From contig DAQA01000008.1 of assembly GCA_002502685.1 (NCBI GenBank), positions 1,213 through 65,044 of the forward strand: a DNA stretch of 63,832 bases. Direction: 5' to 3'. Both the position numbers and the translations under genes were made by a program. The notes below the pieces were generated by a model. That model saw only the letters and a list, made by a program, of their open reading frames with translations, ran no database searches and was not told the DNA's origin. Positions 36,051 to 46,096 of this stretch are shown piece by piece (position 1 is the first letter of the stretch; each line of letters opens with the position of its first letter). Origin of the DNA: Euryarchaeota archaeon UBA202 (GTDB taxonomy: Archaea > Thermoplasmatota > E2 > UBA202).

Positions 36051-37007
36051 TTAGGATAGGTAAAAGGTGTTATCCTGATACCATTCAATAAATTTTTTCA
36101 GGCCCTGTTTTATGTTATATCGTGGTTTATAGCCAAGATGTTTTCTTGCCTTATTGATATTTGCGTGTGTATGACGTGCTTCTCCTTTCTTTTCTTTTTC
36201 ATGGATTGGGGTAATTTTTCTATCCACTAATTCACCAAGTAGCGTATAGAGCTTGTTTATAGTGATTCTTTCACCTGAGGCAATATTAAAAATTTCTCCA
36301 TCAATATTGTTTTTTGTCATGGCCCTAAGTGTTCCATCAACGATATCATCAATATAGGTAAAATCTCTGCTTTGTTCTCCATCCCCAAAAATCTTTACTT
36401 TTTTATTATGTACCAATGCTTTTGTAAAAATTGGAAGTACCAAATCCGGTCGTATTCTTGGGCCATAGACAGAGAAATATCTCAAGGAGACCGTAGAGAG
36501 ACCATACACCTCATTGAACACCTTTGCATAGTGATCACCGGCAAGTTTGCTGACCCCATAGGGTGAGAGAGGTTGAGGGTGCTCTTCTTCTGTATAGGGT
36601 AACTCGTTTGTGTCCCCATAAACAGATGACGAAGAAGCAATAACCACCCGTTTAACATTATTTGCCACTGCGGCACGAAGAACATTTAGTGTCCCTGAAA
36701 TATTTACTTCATGGGTTTTCATTGGATCTTCTAATGAGGCCCGTATTCCTGGCTGGGCAGCTTCATGAATAATTACCTGGACATCATCAAGGGCGGTACA
36801 TACTGTAGTATAATCTCTAATATCCCCTCTTATGAATACATACTTATCAGATGGAGCAATACTTTCAAGATTTTTTCTTTTTAATTCCTCGGAATAAAAA
36901 GAATCTAGATTATCAAATATTATTATATCATTATTTAAATCAAGTAATTTTCTAGCCAGATGAGAACCAATGAAACCTGCTCCCCCAGTGATGAGAATTT
37001 TGGCCAT
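36051..37007 (-). CDS. NAD-dependent sugar-nucleotide epimerase/dehydratase (SDR family)
   Basis: It has MAKILITGGAGFIGSHL (Rossmann GxxGxxG) and a catalytic YGVSK. The ORF extends to 37073, but the conserved N-terminus begins at the ATG at 37007. Confidence 0.8.
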   Translation of the reverse strand: MAKILITGGAGFIGSHLARKLLDLNNDIIIFDNLDSFYSEELKRKNLESIAPSDKYVFIRGDIRDYTTVCTALDDVQVIIHEAAQPGIRASLEDPMKTHEVNISGTLNVLRAAVANNVKRVVIASSSSVYGDTNELPYTEEEHPQPLSPYGVSKLAGDHYAKVFNEVYGLSTVSLRYFSVYGPRIRPDLVLPIFTKALVHNKKVKIFGDGEQSRDFTYIDDIVDGTLRAMTKNNIDGEIFNIASGERITINKLYTLLGELVDRKITPIHEKEKKGEARHTHANINKARKHLGYKPRYNIKQGLKKFIEWYQDNTFYLS

Positions 37008-37079
37008 ACTTTGAATTCCATCTTCCATATTAAACATATACGATAAAGCTTTAGTATCGTAACTATCTTCCACTGCATC

Positions 37080-38009
37080 ATGTATTCAGTGGTGATACCG
37101 GTCTTTAACGAAGAAACCAATATCCAGCCTCTGTATCAATCATTGACATCCGTAATGAAAAAAATAGGGGACTATGAAATAATTTTTGTTGACGACGGCA
37201 GCACGGATTCTACCTTCTCTCAAATCAAGGAATTACATACCCATGATAAAAAAATAAAATGTCTTCGTTTTAGAAAAAATTTTGGTCAAACACCGGCATT
37301 ACGAGCTGGTTTTGACTTTGCGCACGGTGACTATATCATTACCATAGATGGAGATTTGCAAAATGACCCCTCTGATATCCCTCTCTTAATTGAGAAAATA
37401 CAGGAGGGATATGATGTTGTTAGTGGATGGAGATTTCATCGTCATGACTCATTTAGTAAACGAATCTTTTCCAAATTTTCCAATTGGTTGGCTCGTCGTC
37501 TCACCGGGGTAATGCTACATGATTTTGGATGCACCCTCAAAGCCTATAAAAAAGAGGCCATAAAAGATATTGAACTATATGGAGAAATGCATCGCTATAT
37601 CCCTGCAGTGGTTGCATGGCACGGATTTTCAGTCACTGAACTAAAAGTACATCATCATCCGCGCAAAAATGGGGAAACAAAGTATGGAGCAACACGCCTA
37701 GTGAAAGGATTCTTTGACTTGGTGAATTTTAAATTTTGGTCAAATTTCTCCACCAATCCTCTTCATTTTTTTGGGGGCGTTGGCCTGTTATCTTTTTTTG
37801 GTGGTTTTTTTATGGCATTATATCTTGTCATCATGAAATTTTTCTTTTCAGAGGAATTATCCAATCGTCCTCTCTTATTATTGGCCTTGTTATTAATGAT
37901 ACTCGGAGTTCAATTGACCATGTTTGGGTTCCTAGCAGAAATGATGACCCGCAACTATTTTGCATCTTCGCAGAACCATCATTTTGAAATAAAGGAAATA
38001 GTTGAATAA
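37080..38009 (+). CDS. GT2 polyprenol/dolichol-phosphate hexosyltransferase (Dpm1/AglD/ArnC-like) with two C-terminal TM helices
   Basis: The sequence shows VVIPVFNEETNI, VDDGSTDST and IDGDLQNDP, plus a C-terminal hydrophobic hairpin. Confidence 0.8.
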   Translation: MYSVVIPVFNEETNIQPLYQSLTSVMKKIGDYEIIFVDDGSTDSTFSQIKELHTHDKKIKCLRFRKNFGQTPALRAGFDFAHGDYIITIDGDLQNDPSDIPLLIEKIQEGYDVVSGWRFHRHDSFSKRIFSKFSNWLARRLTGVMLHDFGCTLKAYKKEAIKDIELYGEMHRYIPAVVAWHGFSVTELKVHHHPRKNGETKYGATRLVKGFFDLVNFKFWSNFSTNPLHFFGGVGLLSFFGGFFMALYLVIMKFFFSEELSNRPLLLLALLLMILGVQLTMFGFLAEMMTRNYFASSQNHHFEIKEIVE

Positions 38010-39157
38010 TCAGGTATATCCGATGGTGTTTTAACTGTCTTATGAATCAGGGAAATAAGAAGAACAATCAATACCAGGGAAAGTATCACGGGAATAAAAG
38101 GAAAGATATCTAAACCAAGGGAGCCCGCATAGGGCTGTAGGGAAATCACCACTGCAATCATGGCCCACATCCTCCATCGTATCCCCTTGTCCATAAAATG
38201 GAAAGGTGTCAGAAGAGCGAGAGGATATAAAAAATAATTAGAATGTATTTTTCTATAGAGGACAAAAAAGGCCAGCAGGACAATGAGACAGGATTTCCAT
38301 ACACTTTTTTTAGCTTTGTATAACCACGCATACACCACACCCATTCCCCCTACCAAAATGGCCAATGAAATTCTTCCTCCATTTCCCAAAAATTCATAGA
38401 CACCAAATCTCCAAAAACTAATTCCTTTCACTCCGTCTTTACCCACAATATAAAAACGCAAAAATTCGAGAAATTCATCAGGACACAAAACAATATAGGG
38501 AAGTATGATCAATAAAGAAAGAGCGCTCACAATTCCCAGATGCAGCAGTCTTTCCTTCTGTGTGTTATCCTTGATTAAAAGAATCGGTAATAAGAGAAGA
38601 GGAAAAGCCTTTATCCAGACCCCCAAGCCTATAATTACTGCGGCATACGTTCTTTTTTCCCATCTCATTAAGACCACAGGGAGAAGAAAAAAGAAGGCAA
38701 CAATGGGTTCATCTTGTATAACAAAAACGGCGGTGTCTGTCGTTAATGGTATGAATAAATAAAGAAGGCTGGATATAAAAGCGAGGTTTTCATCAGTGTC
38801 CTTTAATGCAAAAAATAAAAGAAGGATGGTACAGAGATTAAAGAAGCTGAGGAAAATCTGGAAGGATAACGCACTGGATGAAAATGCGGTGGGGATAATA
38901 AATAAATATGAAATAAGAGGGGGTGTTTCTGTATGAATATCACGATATAACAAGTCCCCTCTGAGAATAGTTTCGGCTCTTGACGCATAGCGGTACAGAT
39001 CGCATTTGATTTTGCTTTGCTCACCAAAAATTGTCGTTTGTGATACTCCATATGTATCGATAATGATGAGGGCGGTATGAATTATAATGGTGAGACAAAT
39101 TAGGATCAGAATTTTCTTTTTGGTGGACCAGCCATTAATTCTTTCCATCACTTTCAT
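37979..39157 (-). CDS. GT-C fold membrane glycosyltransferase, DUF2029/PimE-like
   Basis: The protein is polytopic. Its first loop carries RGDLLYRDIHTETPPLISY. Its 3' end overlaps the convergent GT2 gene by 31 nt. Confidence 0.55.
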   Translation of the reverse strand: MKVMERINGWSTKKKILILICLTIIIHTALIIIDTYGVSQTTIFGEQSKIKCDLYRYASRAETILRGDLLYRDIHTETPPLISYLFIIPTAFSSSALSFQIFLSFFNLCTILLLFFALKDTDENLAFISSLLYLFIPLTTDTAVFVIQDEPIVAFFFLLPVVLMRWEKRTYAAVIIGLGVWIKAFPLLLLPILLIKDNTQKERLLHLGIVSALSLLIILPYIVLCPDEFLEFLRFYIVGKDGVKGISFWRFGVYEFLGNGGRISLAILVGGMGVVYAWLYKAKKSVWKSCLIVLLAFFVLYRKIHSNYFLYPLALLTPFHFMDKGIRWRMWAMIAVVISLQPYAGSLGLDIFPFIPVILSLVLIVLLISLIHKTVKTPSDIPDYSTISFISK

Positions 39158-39159
39158 AC

Positions 39160-40116
39160 TCAGTGTTTCTTCCCGACTTGATCTTCTCTTACGTTGGACA
39201 TTGCATAGACAATGCCTCCTATGATGTTCCCTATTACTTTAACCATTTGCATTGAGAAACCCAGGGCAAATGCGCTAGGGGAGGGGATGCCCACTTGGGA
39301 AAAAAGGGTGACATATGATCCTGATCGAACCCCAAAACCTTGAATTGTGATTGGGAGAAGAATTAATATTTCTGTTACCGGGACAAATATGAAAAAATAG
39401 AATATCTCAATATCTAATCCCAGTGCCAGTGCCAACACATAATTAATAAAGATTAATAGGATGTGATACAGAAATGATATCATAAGGGAAATAGATAGAA
39501 TATATTTATTGCTGCTATATTCCCGTAAAGATATGTTAGCATCACGAATAATATCTGTTATATTGGGAAACCGGGAAAAAAATGGTCGGGATATAATTTT
39601 TTCAATCGCATTGAACTTAAAAATGAGCACCATCAACAAAAGTGGTCCTGGTATGACAACAAGAGTTGCTATAACAAATGCGTCACGGGGAATAAGAGTA
39701 TAACCCACAAGTATTGCGCAAGCGCCAATGGACACTATGGCAATTAATCCAGTTAATCTTTCCATTATTATCGAGGAAAGTGCCTCGATTCGTTTATCTA
39801 GTTCCTTGGATAGATAATAGGATTTTACGGCGTCACCCCCTATCGTGGTGGGTAAAAAAGCATTGAAAAAAACCCCGATGTAGTAGTGTTTTAAGATACG
39901 TGCATAGGGTACATGGATGAGTTTGGATTCCAGCAAAATCTGCCATTTTTTGGCACTTATGACGACCCCAAGGGCATCGAGGGCGATAGCTATGAGCACC
40001 AGGTGAAATTTCATATGGGAGAATTGATCCCATACCTTTTCCATGCCCACATTATAAACTATAAAGAGGATTAATAGAAGGCTAATGATGATTTTTAGGA
40101 TAGTTTTTATTTTCAC
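39160..40116 (-). CDS. Flippase-like membrane protein (UPF0104/TIGR00374-like), paralogue 3
   Basis: It has KKWQILL after TM2, a GGDAVKSYYL motif and about eight TM helices. Its stop lies 2 nt before the GT-C start. Confidence 0.6.
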   Translation of the reverse strand: MKIKTILKIIISLLLILFIVYNVGMEKVWDQFSHMKFHLVLIAIALDALGVVISAKKWQILLESKLIHVPYARILKHYYIGVFFNAFLPTTIGGDAVKSYYLSKELDKRIEALSSIIMERLTGLIAIVSIGACAILVGYTLIPRDAFVIATLVVIPGPLLLMVLIFKFNAIEKIISRPFFSRFPNITDIIRDANISLREYSSNKYILSISLMISFLYHILLIFINYVLALALGLDIEIFYFFIFVPVTEILILLPITIQGFGVRSGSYVTLFSQVGIPSPSAFALGFSMQMVKVIGNIIGGIVYAMSNVREDQVGKKH

Positions 40117-40303
40117 GGTCGCTGTGGTACCTTTTAATTAAATATTTTTCTTTTGTTTGATTTTTTTTTTCTTGAAAGGGAACATGTTTCCCTGATTTTT
40201 TTTTTACCTTTATTACTATGACTGTGCTTTTTATTTTCTTCTCCTATTTTTTCCTCCTTCCTCTCCTCTTTTTTTTGTTTGTGGGTAAAGTAAATATAGC
40301 CTT

Positions 40304-41392
40304 TTATCGAAAAGGGCTTGTTTTTTGGTTTGTTATCACGTCCATGATGTTTTCAATGGTTTTTTCTACACTATATTTATGATTTACTCCTTTTGTTTTT
40401 TTTGCTGTTTCTGTGTTTTTTTTCAATTGAAGTTTTTTTTGATTGATTGAATAAAATATTTCCTGTCTTTCTAGATAACTAGCTAGATATTCTTGTTCTA
40501 TTTGTCCTGGTGTAGGGATCATTAAAGCCTTTGTGCCCAATATGGCTAAATCCATGATAGTGGAATATCCTGAGCGTGAAATAACCATTTTTGCCTTATT
40601 CATTAGTATCTCCCGATTTTCCTTGGTTAAAAAGGAATATATCTGAAGGTTGTCCTGCATCATTTCTTTTTGTTCCTCAGTTTTTCCCAGTGTGATCACA
40701 ATATTTCCCGTAAGATCAGTTATCTGGGAGAGTATTGTTTTTTCCAATAATGTCCTTTGGGGTTCTGGCCCAGAAAGGGATATGAAATAATCAATATCCT
40801 TTACACTATCTTTCTTTTTAAAGTCAGATAATAGACCCACATAGAAAAGTTTTTCTTCATCAATAAGTTTTAGATTGTGGGATAAATCCCCTGAAAAACT
40901 ATTGTATCTATTATCTGGGATTAGTACCCCGCAGAATCGTTTAAAGAAAAATTTGTTAAATAACTCGCTCCCCCATTCAAAAAACGTGATTCTAAGAGGG
41001 TTCATAATCCTGATTTGATGAGAGATAAAAAAAGAGGGTATTTTTGTATTATAGATATCATATCGTCCATCTGAGAAAATAAGGTCATATTGGCCATTTT
41101 TCACCATCTTTGTTACCTTCGCTAGACCTGCCTGAATTCTTTTGAGAAATAACGGCCAATAAATCAAACTTTTAGCAATCAGCTGTGAAGCACTATTCGA
41201 AATCAGTAGGGGGTAATCGGGTATATCTAGATATTGTGCGGTTTCTCCTAACTCCCGTTGGAGTAACTGTAATGAACGGCCGTTGGAGATTATGGTTACA
41301 TCATTCTCTTCCTGGATTAATTTTCGAATTACTGGCAGGGAACGTGTTGCATGACCTAATCCCCATGAACAGATACCATAGATTATCTTCAT
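40304..41392 (-). CDS. GT-B glycosyltransferase, MurG/GT28-like (MJ1255-type)
   Basis: The N-terminus is MKIIYGICSWGLGHATRSLPV. The C-terminal half contains SRSGYSTIMDL, as in UDP-sugar-dependent GT1/GT28 enzymes. Confidence 0.6.
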   Translation of the reverse strand: MKIIYGICSWGLGHATRSLPVIRKLIQEENDVTIISNGRSLQLLQRELGETAQYLDIPDYPLLISNSASQLIAKSLIYWPLFLKRIQAGLAKVTKMVKNGQYDLIFSDGRYDIYNTKIPSFFISHQIRIMNPLRITFFEWGSELFNKFFFKRFCGVLIPDNRYNSFSGDLSHNLKLIDEEKLFYVGLLSDFKKKDSVKDIDYFISLSGPEPQRTLLEKTILSQITDLTGNIVITLGKTEEQKEMMQDNLQIYSFLTKENREILMNKAKMVISRSGYSTIMDLAILGTKALMIPTPGQIEQEYLASYLERQEIFYSINQKKLQLKKNTETAKKTKGVNHKYSVEKTIENIMDVITNQKTSPFR

Positions 41393-41563
41393 AAAGGATT
41401 AGATATCTTTCTCTCAAATTTATAATTTTTTAATAAATACTTCTTTGTACCATCATCACTTATTTATTGTAAATTATTTTTTCATACGGATATTACGATG
41501 TATGTTGATATTTTAGATTATAAAAAAACTTAAACTGTTCTATGACATATAACAATCCTTAGG

Positions 41564-41788
41564 ATGAAAATACAGTGTAGATTCATATTTGAATATCCAA
41601 CCATTCAAAATGCCCGGGTTATTTATCAATCTCTTCAAATAGATAACCAAAATTTTCTAAAATCCTGGATTAGGGGAAAACAAATAGAAGTGGAGATTAC
41701 AGGATTATCCATCCCCTCGATCCTGCATACTCTAAATGATTTCTTGTCTTGCTTAACGGTTGCTGAACAAGTGGCGATAATGCCTTAA
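41564..41788 (+). CDS. pcc1: KEOPS complex subunit Pcc1
   Basis: The 74-aa protein follows the Pcc1 pattern F.F......A..IY.SL..........I.G..I.V.I.......L.TLNDFL.CL.VA, as recalled from the Pyrococcus protein. Confidence 0.65.
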   Translation: MKIQCRFIFEYPTIQNARVIYQSLQIDNQNFLKSWIRGKQIEVEITGLSIPSILHTLNDFLSCLTVAEQVAIMP

Positions 41789-41811
41789 ATGAAATACGGA
41801 TATGTGGTCCT

Positions 41812-43293
41812 ATGGAATTTGATTTGAAGTGTACTCTCCTATTCAATAAATCCCTTAATGACGCCCGGGAGCCACTCACTGATTTTGTCCAAGAGGCAAA
41901 TAAGTCTAATCCTGAAAAATTTCATATACAGTCCTGGCTTATTGAAGATAACAAACTTTCTCTTCATCTTCTATCACGGGATGTTATTAGAGCCCATGTC
42001 TATCTTTTACAATTAAAAAAAAAATTGGATACATTATTGGGTAAAAAGAATCACCTAGGGCTACGGGGAATAAAACTTGATGACTATCATATCCTTTTTG
42101 ACCTAGATACCATCCCCCTTGAAGAGATAAAGATACCCTTCGCCCAGATTGACATTAAAAAAAAAACAGTTAGTCTACGGATTCAAGATAAAGATGAAGA
42201 ATTTCTTACCCAAAACTACATTGACCGCATGATCAATCTGGTACGAGAAAAAGCACACTTTCAAAGATATAAGGGAAAAAAAGAGGATTGGAAACTTCTC
42301 TGGGAGAGTTCGCAAAAAAAACCCCTATGGTTTAAGGATCCCACAGAGGCGTTATCCCATCTCGGATGGATCGAACAGGGTCCAACAAAAGGAAAATGGT
42401 TTTTTCGTCCACCTGCAGCTGCCATCATGTGTGCCATGGCACAAATCGCCATTGAAAAAGTTCTTCAGCCTCTCAATTTTCAAGAAGTTATTCCCTCCAT
42501 GCATGTTCCTCTCACCACCTGGCTTAAAACTGGTCATCTTGAAGGAATGCCAGGGGAGATTTACTATATATCTGAGCCTGTCACCCGGGACGTAAAAAAA
42601 TGGGAGACATTTATAGATTTACTGAAAATAAAAAAAGAGATTCCTATAAAAGAATTTTCACAAATGATAAGCACACCCAAAGCAGGGATATGCTATGCCC
42701 AGTGCCCCAATATCTATTGGTCCTTTTCAGGAAAAACTATAGCGGAATCTTCTTTACCCTTATTACTCTATGATCGTTCTGTGCCCTCGGCCAGATATGA
42801 ATCCGGTGGTCGACACGGCATCGAGCGCGTTGATGAGTTTCATCGAATTGAGATTGTCTATATTGGAACCAAGAATCAACTTTTAGATATCAAAGAAAAA
42901 CTTATTGAAAAATATCGAATGGTATTCAATGACATAATGGATCTTGAATGGAGAATGGCCCAAGTAACCCCTTTTTATCTTCAACAGGCTGGTCAAATCA
43001 TTGAAGAAGAACCTAATGCTGGCACCATAGATTTTGAAGCATGGCTTCCCTATCGTGGAGATAGAGACACACCCTGGCTGGAGCTTCAAAATGTGTCAAT
43101 AGTGGGAGAAAAATATATCCGGGCCTTTAATATCAAAACACAAAAAAGCATCCTTTGGTCAGGCTGTTCAGGTATAGGATTGGAGCGATGGACGACAGCT
43201 TTTTTGGCCCAAAAAGGTATAGATCCTAAAAAATGGCCTCCATCTTTTCAAAAATTTTTATCTGACCTTCCTTCCTCCCCAGAGTTTTTATAA
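41812..43293 (+). CDS. serS: Seryl-tRNA synthetase, methanogen-type (atypical class II, Zn-dependent)
   Basis: It has class II core motifs and a putative Zn triad at C298 (GICYAQCP), E347 (FHRIEIVY) and C452 (SGCSGIGLERW). The 49/105-residue spacing parallels C306/E355/C461 of M. barkeri SerRS as I recall it. Confidence 0.7.
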   Translation: MEFDLKCTLLFNKSLNDAREPLTDFVQEANKSNPEKFHIQSWLIEDNKLSLHLLSRDVIRAHVYLLQLKKKLDTLLGKKNHLGLRGIKLDDYHILFDLDTIPLEEIKIPFAQIDIKKKTVSLRIQDKDEEFLTQNYIDRMINLVREKAHFQRYKGKKEDWKLLWESSQKKPLWFKDPTEALSHLGWIEQGPTKGKWFFRPPAAAIMCAMAQIAIEKVLQPLNFQEVIPSMHVPLTTWLKTGHLEGMPGEIYYISEPVTRDVKKWETFIDLLKIKKEIPIKEFSQMISTPKAGICYAQCPNIYWSFSGKTIAESSLPLLLYDRSVPSARYESGGRHGIERVDEFHRIEIVYIGTKNQLLDIKEKLIEKYRMVFNDIMDLEWRMAQVTPFYLQQAGQIIEEEPNAGTIDFEAWLPYRGDRDTPWLELQNVSIVGEKYIRAFNIKTQKSILWSGCSGIGLERWTTAFLAQKGIDPKKWPPSFQKFLSDLPSSPEFL

Positions 43294-43637
43294 CCTGATT
43301 TATAAAAGCCATTATCATCACATGGCGATATAGAGAGTATTCAAGTAAGATCATTAATCACAATATTTTGATCTTTTGGTGAAGAAAAAAATACAGATAC
43401 AGGTGTTGTCTCATTTTGTAAACATGTTTCTTGTGGATAGAGGCATTAGGATATCTTTTACCCCGGTCTTTGGTGGGAGATATCCCTTTAGACAGGATGA
43501 TATTTTACTAAAATTATTTTATTTTTCATTCTTTTATAAACCAACCTATCCTTCATATAAGATATAGTTCATATCTTATTTTTACATTCACTCTCTTGGG
43601 TGGCAGAAACAGGGTAACAAGTGAGGAGTGTTTCGAT

Positions 43638-45107
43638 TCACTTTCTTTTTATATCTAGGGGCTTAGACAAGGGATACTGGTCTTGATTGTTTTCTCCTAT
43701 TTGGGTATAGGGTGTATCAATCACGTTATCTTTATTTTGATCATATGCCCCCTCATTTGGTTCATCAAAATCAGACCAATAGTTACCTTGATTTCCATCG
43801 TCCCAAAAATTTATGCCATGGCCATAGGCACTCAGATTATTGTTAATAAAATTGTTATAGGCTATGATGTTCCCCTGGGCTTGTATACTTGTTCCAATAC
43901 CTTTATTTTCCGAGATAGTACACCAGATGATGCTATTAAAATTGCTGCCACAACAAAGTTTTATACCATTTCTATCATTATGGGTGATTATACACTGTGA
44001 TATCTCATTTTCGCTACTGACTTCATTAATCATGATTCCATCGCCTTTGTTGTATTCAATAGTACAATTTGTGATTTTGTTTCTTGTTGCCTTATATAGC
44101 CATAGACCAAAAAAATTCTCTGTCAACTGGCAAGTATCAATATGTACCTGGGAACAAGAACATATTTTAATACCAGAAGAAGGAGAAGATGAAGAACTAT
44201 TCCTGATGGTAAAATTGCTTATGTTCACCGTCTTGGCACAAACTTCAATAACGTGACCATTATTCCCTCCATCAATAATTGGCTTTTTTTCCGTTGCACC
44301 CACTAGATTTATTGATTTAGTGATGATGAGATTTTCAGCATAAATTCCTTCATATACATGAATCCTGTCACCGTACCATGCCTTATCTATGGCCTCTTGA
44401 ATTTTTGAATAATTACCCTCTCCAGTACCGCCCACATAGAGGGTATAAATATTGTTCCTCTCTTTTGTATATACTGCACTTTCTCGATTTTTTTTATTTA
44501 TCAATGTCAATTTATTACTGGCATTTATTTCATAAAAATAGCTTACGTATTCATGAAGTTGATCTATATCTAGTTTAATTGTTTCATTGATTATCTTGTA
44601 AGTTCCGGCATAGCTTATCCCTGTTTTCTGTGTTGTTATATTGATTGTTTCATTTGGATAGAATGTGATAGATTCATAGTCTCCTTCCCCTTCAGTATAA
44701 TGCCAGATGCCATAAAATTGGCTTTTGTCATACACTGATATTATAACTGTATCAGATAAAGAAGTACTATCAGTAAATGTTACTGTGAGTTTTACCGCAT
44801 AATCGCCGGGTAATGAAAAAAAGTGCGAAGGTTTTTCAGTCATAGATATAGTGTCGTCATCAAAATCCCAGAAATATGAATCGATCGCTACCTTATCTCT
44901 TGTTGTGGTTATAGAAAAAGATACATTTAGTGGCATGATGCCCATTACTGGATTTGCCGTTATCTCAAGGACAGGATTTTCAATATCATCATTCTTTTTA
45001 TTTTCCATTAATAGGCACCCTGATACTAAGGCAAAGACACAACATAACACTATTGGCAATAATGCCTTTAAGCCTCTTTGTTTCTTTCCCTTACAGATTG
45101 CTGTCAT
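43638..45107 (-). CDS. Secreted (lipobox-like) protein with a PKD domain and a right-handed beta-helix (NosD/pectin-lyase-fold) domain
   Basis: The signal sequence ends ALVSGC. A PKD-like segment is present (FWDFDDDT...YAVKLTV). Repeated I.I..C..I..N...GI motifs are typical of parallel beta-helix repeats. Confidence 0.6.
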   Translation of the reverse strand: MTAICKGKKQRGLKALLPIVLCCVFALVSGCLLMENKKNDDIENPVLEITANPVMGIMPLNVSFSITTTRDKVAIDSYFWDFDDDTISMTEKPSHFFSLPGDYAVKLTVTFTDSTSLSDTVIISVYDKSQFYGIWHYTEGEGDYESITFYPNETINITTQKTGISYAGTYKIINETIKLDIDQLHEYVSYFYEINASNKLTLINKKNRESAVYTKERNNIYTLYVGGTGEGNYSKIQEAIDKAWYGDRIHVYEGIYAENLIITKSINLVGATEKKPIIDGGNNGHVIEVCAKTVNISNFTIRNSSSSSPSSGIKICSCSQVHIDTCQLTENFFGLWLYKATRNKITNCTIEYNKGDGIMINEVSSENEISQCIITHNDRNGIKLCCGSNFNSIIWCTISENKGIGTSIQAQGNIIAYNNFINNNLSAYGHGINFWDDGNQGNYWSDFDEPNEGAYDQNKDNVIDTPYTQIGENNQDQYPLSKPLDIKRK

Positions 45108-45187
45108 GACTTGTCTTGTTTCACAAATTTTTTTTTTTGTTGTATTCCTAGTTTCTATTTTCGAGGAATATTTAATATGAAGACTTT

Positions 45188-46096
45188 TTATCTGTGGCGG
45201 ATGTATTTTTGGGGCAGTGGAATGTATATCCTGTTCTCATCATCCCATATTTCCTTAAATGTTTCAATCTCATAGGTCCATGTCTCATTAGTATAAGGAT
45301 TCATTTCGGTAAAACTAGTCTTGATAATATGCAGTTCTATTTCAATATCGTCTCCTTTTTTATAGTCATCTGTTATGTCTCCCTGGATACGGAAACTCGT
45401 TCCTGGAATAGAGACAAATCCGATACTTGTATAGCCATTTGCTTCTCCATAGGTAATATTATCTAGTGTATCCCAAATAAGAAGGGTGTCACCCTCATCA
45501 AGGAATAGAAAATCATACATGATTTTTTTAGACTCGTTGTTATAGGTCTGATTATATCCCTCAATGAATCCCTGGAAAGTCATTATCTTTTTTTCATTTT
45601 CATGGCTGGCATGATGAATATATCTCTGGGGTATTGGTACAAAGGCATTATTTTTGGAATCCCAGCCCTCCTGGAGAGTTTCACGGTTAAACGTCCATAT
45701 CTCACCTGTAGTGGTATCTTGTTTTGTATAGTTTACAGAAATAATATGTAGTTTTATTTCAATATCATCCCCTTTCATAAATTCATTTGTAATATCCCCA
45801 TTTATGGAAAATCTTTCATCTAAAAAAGACATGAATTCTATACCTGTATCATTAGACTCTTCCCTATATATGATGTCATTTATGGTATCCTTAATAATGA
45901 TGGTGTTACCATCATCAAGGGTCAAAAAATACTCATGGAGAGTATTTGTTTCCTCATCTAATTCCCGGTCATAGTCATTGACCAGTTCGCCAAATGTCAT
46001 TACGATTTGATTCTCATCCCCGTTTTCTAAACATCCGGTACTCAAAAGTAACAAGAATAGGCACAGTATTCCCATTATTTTATGATATTTTACCAT
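45188..46096 (-). CDS. Lipobox-bearing secreted protein built from two tandem copies of an unknown domain of about 130 aa
   Basis: The signal sequence ends LLLSTGC. The two halves align clearly (GDITNEFMKGDDIEIKLHIISV / GDITDDYKKGDDIEIELHIIKT; IPIPQRYIHH / IPLPQKYIRH). Confidence 0.6.
   Translation of the reverse strand: MVKYHKIMGILCLFLLLLSTGCLENGDENQIVMTFGELVNDYDRELDEETNTLHEYFLTLDDGNTIIIKDTINDIIYREESNDTGIEFMSFLDERFSINGDITNEFMKGDDIEIKLHIISVNYTKQDTTTGEIWTFNRETLQEGWDSKNNAFVPIPQRYIHHASHENEKKIMTFQGFIEGYNQTYNNESKKIMYDFLFLDEGDTLLIWDTLDNITYGEANGYTSIGFVSIPGTSFRIQGDITDDYKKGDDIEIELHIIKTSFTEMNPYTNETWTYEIETFKEIWDDENRIYIPLPQKYIRHR

Noticed and set aside
37008-37073. 22-codon N-terminal extension of the epimerase ORF
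   Set aside because: The Rossmann N-terminus MAKILITGGAGFIGS begins at 37007. The extension would leave only 6 nt for two divergent promoters.
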